From NCBI GenBank assembly GCA_046349595.1, contig JAXMCA010000001.1:1186522-1250521 (forward strand): a DNA stretch of 64,000 nt, read 5' to 3'. The position numbers and the translations under genes are program-made. Under the pieces are notes generated by a model. That model was not told the DNA's origin. It did no database searches and saw only the letters and a program-made list of their open reading frames with translations. Below, piece after piece: positions 29,139 to 39,785 of this stretch; the stretch's first letter is position 1; every line of letters starts with the position of its first letter. This DNA comes from Planctomycetota bacterium. GTDB taxonomy: Bacteria > Planctomycetota > UBA1135 > UBA2386.

Positions 29139-32100
29139 TCAGTGGACCGTGACGATCACCGGATTCGAGGTGTTCCCGGCCAGCGCCACGCTGCTGAAGC
29201 CGGCGGCCTGGAAGGCGAGCTCGAGTCCGAGCGGGATGCCGGTCGGCAGCAGCAGGTCGACGTTGCCGTTGGCCGGCCACTCGACCGACACGAAGGGCAG
29301 GGCGAGCTCGACGAAGACCTCGCCGAACTCGAGCACCGGGATGCTCGACGGCGCCGGCATCCCGATCAGCAGCAGGGCCGGACCGACCGCCGCGCTCGAC
29401 GCGGTGTGGACCGTGATCACGTTGCCCGGTCGCGCGTCGCCGGTCACGAGCAGCTCGATGTTGTCGAACTCGTGGGCGCCGATGTCGACGACCCGCATGC
29501 CTGCGAAGCGCCCGTCGAGGAACCGCGGGAAGCCGTACGGATCGCGGCCGGCGACGTGATCGCCCGGATCGCCGGCGTCGATGCAGGGCGAGGTTGCGCG
29601 GAGCCGCAGGTCGCCTGCACCGGGGTTGAGGAACTGCGGATCGACGTCGCGGTTGCCGAGGCCGCCGACGATGCCCGAACCGTCGCAGAAGTTCAGCTCA
29701 CCGGCCGCGAAGCCGGCGAAGCCGCTCTGCAGGTTGCCCCACGCGAGACTGCTTCGCACCCGACCGGTGAACGCGCCGGTCTTGCGGATGCCGTTGCCAC
29801 TGTCGTAGGCCGCGGTGCAGCGCAGCAGGTCGAAGCTGCCGCCGGCGAGCTGGATGCCGTCGCCGCCGACCAGGAAGGTGACGAGGTCGGTCGCCGCCTG
29901 CGCCGCCGAGAGCACGAAGCCGCCGTGACCACCGAGTTCGGCGCGGCAGCCGTGGAGGATGATCTGCGGCGAGTCGCAGGTGAAGGCGGGGATGAAGGCG
30001 TAGCCGCTGCAGCGGACCAGCGCCCGTTCGAGTGTGCCGGTCGATCCCGAGTGCAGCGCGATGCCCATCCACTGATCGAATCCCGGTCCGGTCAGCGTGC
30101 CGTCGCCGTTGGTGTCGCCGCCGTGCTCGTCGTCGGAGAAGGACGTGAACACGGTCGGTCCGTCGACCTCGAGTCGACCGTCGACGACCACGATCAGACC
30201 GCCGGCCGCCTTCACGACGACACCCGGACCGAAGCGCAGTGTCGAGCCGACCGGAACCACGAGGTGCACGACCGCGACCATCACGCCGTCCGGGCAGTTG
30301 CGCGCCTCGATCGAGACCGGCACCGACGCGAGGCCGTCGTCGACGCGCAGGAAGCCGAAGCCGGGCGACTGCTCGACGGTGTTGTCGAGGAAACCCGGCA
30401 CTGCCGCGATCGCGCCGCCGTGGATCGCCGGGTTGCCGGCGATGCGCACGAAGCGGCACGACTCGATGCGCGGGCGTGCGGCGCCGTCGAGGAACACGCC
30501 GCCGTAGCCGCAGTCACGCCAGGTGCAGTGGTCGAGCAGCACGTCGGCGGAGAGCACGCGCGTCGCGGCCCAGTAGGCATAGCCGGTGTAGCGCAGCTCG
30601 CAGCGGTGCAGCGCGCTCGCGTCCGCGGTCGCGCCGAACTGGATGCCGTACCAATCCACCGGTGCCGGGGTGGTCGCCGCACCGTCGCCGTTGGTGTCGC
30701 CCGCGACGGTGTCGTCGCGGAAGCTCGTGAACACCACCGGGTTCGCCTCGGTGCCGTTGCAGGTCAGGGTCCCGTCGACGAGAACGGCGACACCACCGAC
30801 CGGCTTGAACACGACGCCCTCGCCCACCGTGAGCGAGGTGCCCTGCGGGACGCTGAGGTGACCCGGGTGGACCAGCACGCCTCCCGGCAGGTTGTCGACG
30901 ACGACCGTCGCGTCGGTGTGCACCAGCCCGTCGTCGACACGGAAGTAGTTGCCGCCGCTGCAGTCCGTCGCGGTGTTGGCGTGGAAGGCCGACAGGGCGT
31001 CGATCGAGATGCCGTGCGCAGCCGGTGCTCCGCTGAAGCGCGCGAAGGAACAGCCTCGGATCGTCGGTCGTGCGGCGGAGCTCAGACGGACACCTCCGGA
31101 CGAACCGTCGGACAGCCGGCACGCGTCGAGCAGGACGTTGGCATCGACCAGGTCGATCGCCGGCCAGTAGGCATAGCCGGTGAAGCGGACCTCGCAGTGC
31201 GTCAGGCTGGATGCCGCCGCGGTCGCGCCGAAGTGCACGCCGTACCACTGCGCCACGGCGCCGCTCGTCGCGTTGCCGTCGCCGTTGGTGTCACCGCCGG
31301 CCGTGTCGTCCTGGAACGAGGTGAAGACCACGGGCGATGTCGAGGTGCCCGCGGCGATCAGGGTGCCGTCGACCACCACCGCGGTGGGTGTCACTGGCTT
31401 GACGACCAGCCCCGCGTCGAGACGCAGCGTGGTGCCCTGCAAGACACCGAGGTGCGCGTTCACGACCAGCACGCCGCCGGGGCAGTTGCGCGGTGCGATG
31501 GTGCGCGAACCCGAGGTGTTGGCGTGGTCGACGCGCAGGTAGTTGCCGCCGGTGCAGGCCGTCGTCGTGTTGTCGAGGAAGCCCGGCACCGCATCGATCG
31601 CCGCGCCGGAGATCGCCGCGTTGCCCGCCACGCGTTCGAAGGCGCAACGCTGCACGACCGGCCGCGCGGTGCCGTCGAGCGACATGCCGCCGTTGCCGCA
31701 GTCGGTGATCGCACAGTCCGTCGCGTGGATGTTCGCGCCGCTGACGATCAGCGCTGGCCAGTAGGCGTAGCCGGTGCAGCGGATCGCCGCGTGCGCGAGC
31801 GTGCTGGCACCCGCGGTCGCGCTGAACTGCACGCCGTACCACTGGTTCGGTCCCGGCAGTGTCGCGTTGCCGTTGCCGTTGGTGTCGCCGCCGGCGGTGT
31901 CGTCGTCGATCGAGGTGAACACCACGGGATTCGCCGTGGTGCCGTTGCACAGCAGGGTGCCGTCGACGAGCAGCGCGGTGCCGCTGAACTTGACGATCGC
32001 CCCGGGTTGCGCCGTCAGCGTCCGCCCCGCGGGCACGCTGACGTGACCCGTGGCGTGGTAGACGACGCCGGAGAGGAGGGGCCCGCCGGAGCCGTCGTAG

Positions 32101-32180
32101 ATCGAGCCGCCGATGGGGGTCTGGGCGCCGGCGAACGCGCCGAACAGAAGCGCCGCGGCGCAGAGTCGTGTGTGAAGCAT
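29139..32180 (-). CDS. large secreted right-handed beta-helix repeat protein
   Basis: Signal peptide MLHTRLCAAALLFGAFAGAQ. There are four copies of a ~198-aa unit (VVFTS..DDT.GGDTNGDG...WYG..F.ATA...TGYAYW...ARP...C.F). The C-terminal part contains DPQFLNPGAGDLRLRATSPCIDAGD. Confidence 0.8.
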   Translation of the reverse strand: MLHTRLCAAALLFGAFAGAQTPIGGSIYDGSGGPLLSGVVYHATGHVSVPAGRTLTAQPGAIVKFSGTALLVDGTLLCNGTTANPVVFTSIDDDTAGGDTNGNGNATLPGPNQWYGVQFSATAGASTLAHAAIRCTGYAYWPALIVSGANIHATDCAITDCGNGGMSLDGTARPVVQRCAFERVAGNAAISGAAIDAVPGFLDNTTTACTGGNYLRVDHANTSGSRTIAPRNCPGGVLVVNAHLGVLQGTTLRLDAGLVVKPVTPTAVVVDGTLIAAGTSTSPVVFTSFQDDTAGGDTNGDGNATSGAVAQWYGVHFGATAAASSLTHCEVRFTGYAYWPAIDLVDANVLLDACRLSDGSSGGVRLSSAARPTIRGCSFARFSGAPAAHGISIDALSAFHANTATDCSGGNYFRVDDGLVHTDATVVVDNLPGGVLVHPGHLSVPQGTSLTVGEGVVFKPVGGVAVLVDGTLTCNGTEANPVVFTSFRDDTVAGDTNGDGAATTPAPVDWYGIQFGATADASALHRCELRYTGYAYWAATRVLSADVLLDHCTWRDCGYGGVFLDGAARPRIESCRFVRIAGNPAIHGGAIAAVPGFLDNTVEQSPGFGFLRVDDGLASVPVSIEARNCPDGVMVAVVHLVVPVGSTLRFGPGVVVKAAGGLIVVVDGRLEVDGPTVFTSFSDDEHGGDTNGDGTLTGPGFDQWMGIALHSGSTGTLERALVRCSGYAFIPAFTCDSPQIILHGCRAELGGHGGFVLSAAQAATDLVTFLVGGDGIQLAGGSFDLLRCTAAYDSGNGIRKTGAFTGRVRSSLAWGNLQSGFAGFAAGELNFCDGSGIVGGLGNRDVDPQFLNPGAGDLRLRATSPCIDAGDPGDHVAGRDPYGFPRFLDGRFAGMRVVDIGAHEFDNIELLVTGDARPGNVITVHTASSAAVGPALLLIGMPAPSSIPVLEFGEVFVELALPFVSVEWPANGNVDLLLPTGIPLGLELAFQAAGFSSVALAGNTSNPVIVTVH
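29960..32048 (-). repeat. ~594-bp intragenic tandem repeats (3.5-4 units) within the beta-helix gene
   Basis: VVFTS/TVFTS occurs at residues 86, 284, 482 and 676, giving periods of 198, 198 and 194 aa. Confidence 0.7.
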
Positions 32181-33581
32181 GGATCGCTCCCTGGACGTGC
32201 CGGAGACGGCGATCGCCGCTACACCGTGCGATCCACCGTTCGCGGTGGAAACAGCTCGTCGATCGGCGCCGTCGCGTGCGAGGGCATCACGCGGTCGTGT
32301 CCCGGCCGCGCTCGCTCCACCCTGGTGTGCTGGTCGGGGATGCGGTCTCGGCTCTCGCGAGCGCGCGAGGATCGACGAGCGAAGAGGGAAACGCCTGGCG
32401 GCCGGGCTCATTTCGGTGCCGGGTCCGCACGCGGCCGCGGAGTGGCAAAGCGATGCGCGTCGCGCCAAGCTTCGCGCTCCTCGGAATGAGCGCCGCCGAC
32501 CACAACGACGAATCCGACGCGAAGCAGGGCCGTGAGCGCGGTCGCCGCGTGCGACGTTCGTCGCGTCCCCCGCGGCGCCGCACGCGCCCCGGCCAGTCTC
32601 CCGGTGTGCCGGTGGTGGATCCAACGGCGTCGCCGCCGCGCGTCCGCGCCGTCGCCTACGGTCCCGCGGGCACCGCCGAGATCGATCCCGAGGCCGTCCT
32701 CCGGGAGGGCGGGGTGTCGCCGGACTTCCCCGTCACTTGGGTGCACGTGCAGGGTCTCGGTGATCGCGAGCTGCTCGCGCGCATCGCGGCCGCCGTGCAG
32801 ATGCACCCGCTGGCGCTGGAGGACGTGGTTCACGCGCACCAGCGCCCCAAGCTCGAGGCCTACGACGAGCACATGTTCATGGTGGTGCGGGCGCCGGGCA
32901 GCGATGGTCTGCACGAGTCACGTCAGGTCGCGGTCTACGCCAGCGGCAGTTCGCTGGTGTCCTTCGAGGAACGGCCGAGTTCGCTGTTCGACCCGATCTT
33001 CGAGCGGATCCGGCGCGGCACCGGTCGCATCCGCCGCGACGGCACCGACTACCTCGCCTATGCGATCCTCGATGCGGTGATCGACGCCTACTTCCCGGTG
33101 GTCGAACAGGCCGGCGACCTGCTCGACGAACTGGAGGCCGACACCACGCAGGCGGCCAAGGAGAGCACGCTGGCGCGCGTCTACGAGCTCAAGCGCGACG
33201 TGGCCATCCTGCGCCGCGTCGTCGCGCCGCACCGCGACGTCGCCAATCGCCTCGCCCGCGGCGAGTTCGAGGTCGTCGACGAGGAGACGCGCGTGTTCTT
33301 CCGCGACTGCCACGACCACGCGGTGCAGTTGCTCGACCAGTTCGAGCAGCTGCGTGAGGTCGCGATCGGCCTGATGGAGCTGCACGTCTCCCTGGTCGGC
33401 AACCGCATGAACGACGTGATGCGCGTGCTGACGGTGATCGCGACGATCTTCATCCCGCTGACCTTCGTGGTCGGTCTCTACGGGATGAACTTCGATCCCA
33501 ACTCCTCGCCCTTCAACATGCCGGAGCTGCGCTGGCGCTACGGCTATCCGACCGTGCTCGGAATGATGGTGACGCTCGGCG

Positions 33582-35264
<1,683 letters not shown>

Positions 35265-35390
35265 GGAGATCAGAACTTATCGCAAAAGATAAGATCGGGC
35301 CATGTCGGGCTCCGGTCCTGGATCTACGCCGCGGATCCAAAGTCCTGTTGCACAAGAGGTTGAGGGTGAAGGCCCAGAATCCCGAGCCGA

Positions 35391-35406
35391 CGGCACACGT
35401 CGTGCT
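35391..35406 (+). promoter_or_regulatory. candidate sigma-54 (-24/-12) promoter of the rsr operon
   Basis: CGGCACACGTCGTGCT has GG (35392-93) and GC (35404-05) separated by 10 nt. GGCAC and TGC match TGGCAC-N5-TTGC. It lies 48 nt upstream of the rsr ATG and next to rtcR. Confidence 0.55.
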
Positions 35407-35453
35407 CTCGTCGCGCAACCCGCGGTCGACCGGCCGCCACCCAGGGCCGAGCC

Positions 35454-37037
35454 ATGATCTTCCGACGCCTGTTCCCGACCCGTGAGAGTCAGCGGCTGCC
35501 GATCACCGACGCGCGCAACGCCGAGGGTGCGCCGGCCTACCTCCGCTCGCCACAGGCGGCACTCGCGCAGTACGCGGCGACCGGCTGTCTCGGCGGAACC
35601 TTCTACGCGACCGCCGCGGAACAACTCGACCGGTCCCTGGCCCTTGCCAGGGAGGTCGCACAGGAGGATCCCGAACTGTGCGCGAAGGTCGCCCTGTGGG
35701 CGCGCCGGCGCGGCCACATGAAGGACCTGCCGGCGCTGCTGGTCGCGTTCCTGCTCGTCGACCACGGCGAACTCGCGGCGCGCATCTTCGACCGCGTCAT
35801 CGACGACGGGCGGATGCTCCGCAAGTTCGTGCAGATCGTCCGCTCGGGAGCCGTCGGCCGGCGTTGCTTCGGCACTCGTCCGCGTCGCCTGATCCGGCAG
35901 TGGCTCGCCCGGCGCAGCGATCGTGAACTGCTCTTCGCGTCGATCGGCGAGCAGCCGTCTCTCGGGGACATCGTGAAGCTGGTCCACCCGAAGCCGGAAT
36001 CGGCGTCGCGACGCGCGCTGTTCGGATGGTTGACCGGTCGTGACTTCGTGCTCGACGACGCACCGCTCGAACTGCGCGACTTCCTGGCCTTCCTGACCGT
36101 TCCGGGAGCCGAGCTTCCCGACGTCCCCTTCCTCATGTTGTCCGGTCGACCGCTGTGCACGGAGCACTGGCGCGCGCTCGCACGCCGCTGCACCTGGCAA
36201 CAGCTCCGGATGAACCTCAACAGCTTCCTGCGCCACGGCGTCTTCGACGACGCCGACACGCTGGATCTCTGCGTCGAGCGTCTGCGTGATCCGGCGGAGA
36301 TCGCGGCGACTCGCACCTTCCCGTACCAGTTCATGACAGCTCTCGACAACCTCGACGACGGCATGCCGGAAGCGATCCGCGTCGCGCTGATGGAGGCGAT
36401 CGAACGGGCGACGCTCAACGTCCCCGCTCTGGATGGTCGCGTACTCGTCGCGGTCGACGTGTCGGGCTCGATGCAGTCACCGATCAGCGGCCGCCGCGGC
36501 AGCGCGACCAGCAAGGTGCGGTGCGTCGACGTCGCGGCCCTGTTCGCGGCGACGATCCTGCGCCGCAACCAGGCGGCCCAGGTCCTGCCGTTCACCTCGG
36601 AGGTGATCCCCTTCTCTCACGACCCGGAATGGACGGTGGCACAGCTCAGCACGGCTCTCGCGGCCCTGCCCTCCGGCGGCACCAACTGCAGCGCACCGCT
36701 GCGCGAATGGAACCGCCGGCGCGCCGGCGCGGAGCTGATCGTCCTGATCTCCGACAACGAGTCGTGGGTCGACGCCGGCGACGGCGGTCGGGGCACGGCG
36801 ACGCTGGCGGAGTGGCGGGTGTTCCGCGCCCGCAATCGCGGCAGCAAGCTGGTCTGTCTCGACCTCCAGCCATCCTCCACCACCCAGGCCCGCAACGAGG
36901 ACGCCGTCCTCAACGTCGGCGGCTTCTCGGATGCGGTGTTCGACCTGATCGACGGCTTTGCGCGCGACGGCCACCGTGGCGCGACCTGGCTCGATCGCAT
37001 CCGTGCGCTGTCGCTCGACGCGACCTCCGTCCCCTGA
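35454..37037 (+). CDS. rsr: Ro60-related protein Rsr (TROVE domain plus vWA domain)
   Basis: NAEGAPAYL...YAATGCLGGTFYATA...DVSGSM (vWA MIDAS). 527 aa, in the context rtcR / rtcB / rtcA. Confidence 0.9.
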   Translation: MIFRRLFPTRESQRLPITDARNAEGAPAYLRSPQAALAQYAATGCLGGTFYATAAEQLDRSLALAREVAQEDPELCAKVALWARRRGHMKDLPALLVAFLLVDHGELAARIFDRVIDDGRMLRKFVQIVRSGAVGRRCFGTRPRRLIRQWLARRSDRELLFASIGEQPSLGDIVKLVHPKPESASRRALFGWLTGRDFVLDDAPLELRDFLAFLTVPGAELPDVPFLMLSGRPLCTEHWRALARRCTWQQLRMNLNSFLRHGVFDDADTLDLCVERLRDPAEIAATRTFPYQFMTALDNLDDGMPEAIRVALMEAIERATLNVPALDGRVLVAVDVSGSMQSPISGRRGSATSKVRCVDVAALFAATILRRNQAAQVLPFTSEVIPFSHDPEWTVAQLSTALAALPSGGTNCSAPLREWNRRRAGAELIVLISDNESWVDAGDGGRGTATLAEWRVFRARNRGSKLVCLDLQPSSTTQARNEDAVLNVGGFSDAVFDLIDGFARDGHRGATWLDRIRALSLDATSVP

Positions 37038-37094
37038 TGGGGTCGCCGCTTCCCACCATCCCTCCAGGTTCCTCTTCCCCGGTCCCGTTCCCAT

Positions 37095-37214
37095 GCGCTT
37101 GACGAATGCACGCGGAGCTCCTCGGTCGCGGGTTCGAATCCCGCCGGCGCCGATCGCGGTCGGCGCCGTAGCTCAGCAGGTAGAGCAGGCTCCGCAGCTC
37201 TCGTCGTCACGCGT
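37095..37214 (+). ncRNA. Y-RNA-like RNA with permuted tRNA-like domain (YrlA-like), module 1
   Basis: Elements, 5' to 3':
- Basal helix GCGCTTGACGA / TCGTCACGCGT.
- Closing helix GCGGAGC (37112-18) / GCTCCGC (37189-95).
- T-arm GCGGG-TTCGAAT-CCCGC.
- Loop-closed acceptor-like stem CGGCGCCGA / TCGGCGCCG.
- D-arm GCTC-AGCAGGTA-GAGC. Confidence 0.65.
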
Positions 37215-37274
37215 GTGCTTCCTCGGCCGCGGATCGCCGTCCCGGCCATCCGGCCAGCCGATCCTCTCCTTCCA

Positions 37275-37336
37275 GGGGCGAATGCCGCGCGCGACTCCAT
37301 CCGAATGTTCCGTCGCCCGCACTTCCTCGTCGCCCC
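37275..37336 (+). ncRNA. short Y-RNA-like hairpin (YrlB-like), module 2
   Basis: Basal helix GGGGCGA / TCGCCCC and the same ATGCC internal loop as modules 1 and 3. The upper stem GCGCGCGAC / GTCGCCCGC pairs at 8 of 9 positions. Confidence 0.4.
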
Positions 37337-37351
37337 GTTCCTTCATCCCCC

Positions 37352-37473
37352 CGCGGCGAATGCCGTCCGGGCTCCTGGTCTTCGCGGGTTCGAATCCCGC
37401 CGGCGCCGACCATCGGTCGGTGCCGTGGCCCGGACCGGGGGAGCGTCTACGCTCCGCACCGCTCGTCGTCGCG
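37352..37473 (+). ncRNA. Y-RNA-like RNA with tRNA top-half-like domain, module 3
   Basis: The basal helix is GCGGCGA / TCGTCGC and the closing helix GTCCGGG (37365-71) / CCCGGAC (37429-35). The T-arm and acceptor-like stem are nearly identical to module 1 (28-nt exact repeat at 37382-37409). An extra hairpin GGAGCG-TCTA-CGCTCC is present. Confidence 0.6.
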
Positions 37474-37508
37474 CCTTCTCTCCGTCTTCTGCAACCGAAC
37501 GAGTGATC

Positions 37509-38732
37509 ATGTCCGGCTACGAACGCATCAAGACAGACCACGTCCCGATCAAGGCGTGGGTGCGCGGCGTCCAGGTCGAGGACGAGGCGTTGAAGCAGCT
37601 CCGCAACGTCGCGCAGCTGCCGATCGTCGGCCCCTGGATCGCGGCGATGCCCGACGTCCACTGGGGCATCGGCGCCACCGTCGGCAGTGTGATCCCGACG
37701 CGGTCCGCGATCATCCCCGCCGCGGTCGGTGTCGACATCGGCTGCGGGATGATGGCGGTGCGCACCTCGCTGCGCGCGGAGCATCTTCCCGACGACCTCG
37801 GCGCACTGCGCAGCGCGATCGAGGCGGCGGTGCCGCACGGCCGCACCGACAACGGCGGGCGCAACGACCGCGGCGCCTGGAGCGACCGCATTCCGACGCG
37901 CAACGAGACGGCGTGGGAGCGGTTGCGCGGCGGCTACGAGGCGATCGTCGCACGTCACCCGAAGCTCGACCGCGGTCGCCACGTCGGCCAGCTCGGCACG
38001 CTCGGCACCGGCAACCACTTCATCGAGATCTGCATCGACGAACAGTTGCAGGTCTGGCTGATGCTGCACTCCGGCTCGCGCGGCGTGGGCAACCGCATCG
38101 GGACGTTCTTCATCGAGCTGGCGAAGCGCGACATGCGCCGGCACATCGCCGATCTGCCGGACAAGGATCTCGCCTGGTTCGAGGAGGGTGCGCAGCACTT
38201 CGACGAGTACGTGTTCGCCGTCGGCTGGGCGCAGGACTTCGCCCGCACCAACCGCGATCTGATGATGGCGCAGATCCTCGAGGCGCTGCGCGCGACCGCC
38301 CTGCTGCCGCCCTTCTCGGCCGACGCGATGGTCGTCAACTGCCACCACAACTACGTGCAGCGCGAGACGCACCAGGGCGAGGAGTTCTGGGTCACGCGCA
38401 AGGGTGCGGTGCGCGCCGGCCTCGGCGAGCTCGGGATCATCCCGGGCTCGATGGGGGCGCGCAGCTACATCGTGCGCGGCAAGGGCAATGCCGAGAGCTA
38501 CGAGTCGTGCAGCCATGGCGCCGGCCGCGCGATGTCGCGCGGCGAGGCGAAGCGCCGCTTCTCGCTCGACGACCACGCGCGCGCGACGGCCGGTGTCGAG
38601 TGCCGCAAGGACGCCGACGTGATCGACGAGACGCCGATGGCCTACAAGGACATCGACATGGTGATGGACGCGCAGCGCGATCTCGTCGAGGTCGTCGCCA
38701 CGCTCAAGCAGGTCGTCTGCGTGAAGGGCTGA
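37509..38732 (+). CDS. rtcB: RNA-splicing ligase RtcB
   Basis: MPDVHWGIGATVGSV, GVDIGCGM, GTGNHFIE and SCSHGAGR. 407 aa. Confidence 0.95.
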   Translation: MSGYERIKTDHVPIKAWVRGVQVEDEALKQLRNVAQLPIVGPWIAAMPDVHWGIGATVGSVIPTRSAIIPAAVGVDIGCGMMAVRTSLRAEHLPDDLGALRSAIEAAVPHGRTDNGGRNDRGAWSDRIPTRNETAWERLRGGYEAIVARHPKLDRGRHVGQLGTLGTGNHFIEICIDEQLQVWLMLHSGSRGVGNRIGTFFIELAKRDMRRHIADLPDKDLAWFEEGAQHFDEYVFAVGWAQDFARTNRDLMMAQILEALRATALLPPFSADAMVVNCHHNYVQRETHQGEEFWVTRKGAVRAGLGELGIIPGSMGARSYIVRGKGNAESYESCSHGAGRAMSRGEAKRRFSLDDHARATAGVECRKDADVIDETPMAYKDIDMVMDAQRDLVEVVATLKQVVCVKG

Positions 38733-38735
38733 GCC

Positions 38736-39785
38736 GTGCACGCACCACTCCCGGAACAGGCACGGACGCCGGTCGAGATCGACGGCAGCTTCGGCGAGGG
38801 TGGGGGTCAGGTGCTGCGCAGCGCGCTCGCGCTGTCGCTGTGCACCGGACGACCGCTGCGCATCCATTCGATCCGCGCGGGGCGCAGCAAGCCCGGCCTG
38901 ATGCGCCAGCACCTGACCGCGGTCGAACTCGCGACCGAGGTCGGTGATGCGGAGGTGAGCGGTGCGGAGGTCGGGTCGAAGGAGATCCGCTTCACGCCGC
39001 GCAGCCCGGCCCGCGCCGGGTGCTATCGGCGCGCGATCGGCACCGCGGGCAGCACGACCCTGGTCGCACAGACCGTGTTGCCCGCCCTGCTGTGCGCCGA
39101 TGCGCCGAGCGAGCTCGTGCTGTCCGGCGGAACCCACAATCCGCTCGCGCCGCCCGCCGACTTCGTCGAGCGCAGCTTCCTGCCCGCGTTGCGGCGCCTC
39201 GGCGCCGATGTCGACTTCGAGCTGCGTCGACACGGGTTCCACCCTGCGGGCGGCGGCGAGATCGTCCTGCGGGTGCGACCGAGCGCTCTGCGCCCGGCGG
39301 AGTGGTCGAGGCGCGGCGCCGTGAAGGCGATCCGCGTCTGTGCGCTCGTCGCCGGACTCGCGGAGCACGTCGGGCGGCGCGAGGTCGACGTCGTGCGCGA
39401 CAGGCTCGGACTGGCCGCGGACCGCGTGCAGGTGCGAAGCCTGCCGAATGGCCCCGGCAATGCGCTGCTCGTCGATGTCGAGTGCGAGAGCGGCACCGAG
39501 GTGTTCTGTGCCTTCGGACGCCTCGGTCTGCCCGCGGAGCGCGTCGGCGCCGAAGCGGTGCGTGCGGTGAAGGCCCATCTCCGCCACGACGCGCCGATCG
39601 GCGAACACCTCGCCGACCAGTTGCTGCTGCCGCTCGCGCTGGCGGGAGGCGGTTCGTTCCGCACCGCACGGCCGAGCATGCACACCACGACCAACGCGCG
39701 CGTGATCGAGGCCTTCCTGTCGATCGCGGTGACGATGCGCGAGGACGGCGACGGAACCTGGCGCGTCGACGTCGCGCCGCGCTGA
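38736..39785 (+). CDS. rtcA: RNA 3'-terminal phosphate cyclase
   Basis: IDGSFGEGGGQVLRSALALS...GGTHNPLAPP...HLADQLLLPLALA. GTG start 3 nt after the rtcB stop. Confidence 0.9.
   Translation: MHAPLPEQARTPVEIDGSFGEGGGQVLRSALALSLCTGRPLRIHSIRAGRSKPGLMRQHLTAVELATEVGDAEVSGAEVGSKEIRFTPRSPARAGCYRRAIGTAGSTTLVAQTVLPALLCADAPSELVLSGGTHNPLAPPADFVERSFLPALRRLGADVDFELRRHGFHPAGGGEIVLRVRPSALRPAEWSRRGAVKAIRVCALVAGLAEHVGRREVDVVRDRLGLAADRVQVRSLPNGPGNALLVDVECESGTEVFCAFGRLGLPAERVGAEAVRAVKAHLRHDAPIGEHLADQLLLPLALAGGGSFRTARPSMHTTTNARVIEAFLSIAVTMREDGDGTWRVDVAPR

Noticed and set aside
29142-32489. 1115-aa plus-strand ORF
   Set aside because: It is antisense to the beta-helix repeat gene, which has a signal peptide and periodic conserved motifs. 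The antisense ORF has neither.
37126-37195. Possible tRNA gene (T-arm GGTTCGAATCC plus D-arm TAGCTCAGCAGGTAGAGC), and a second T-arm at 37384-37400
   Set aside because: The element order is permuted (T-arm, acceptor 3' strand, loop, acceptor 5' strand, D-arm), and there is no anticodon loop. It fits a YrlA-type tRNA mimic, not a tRNA gene or pseudogene.
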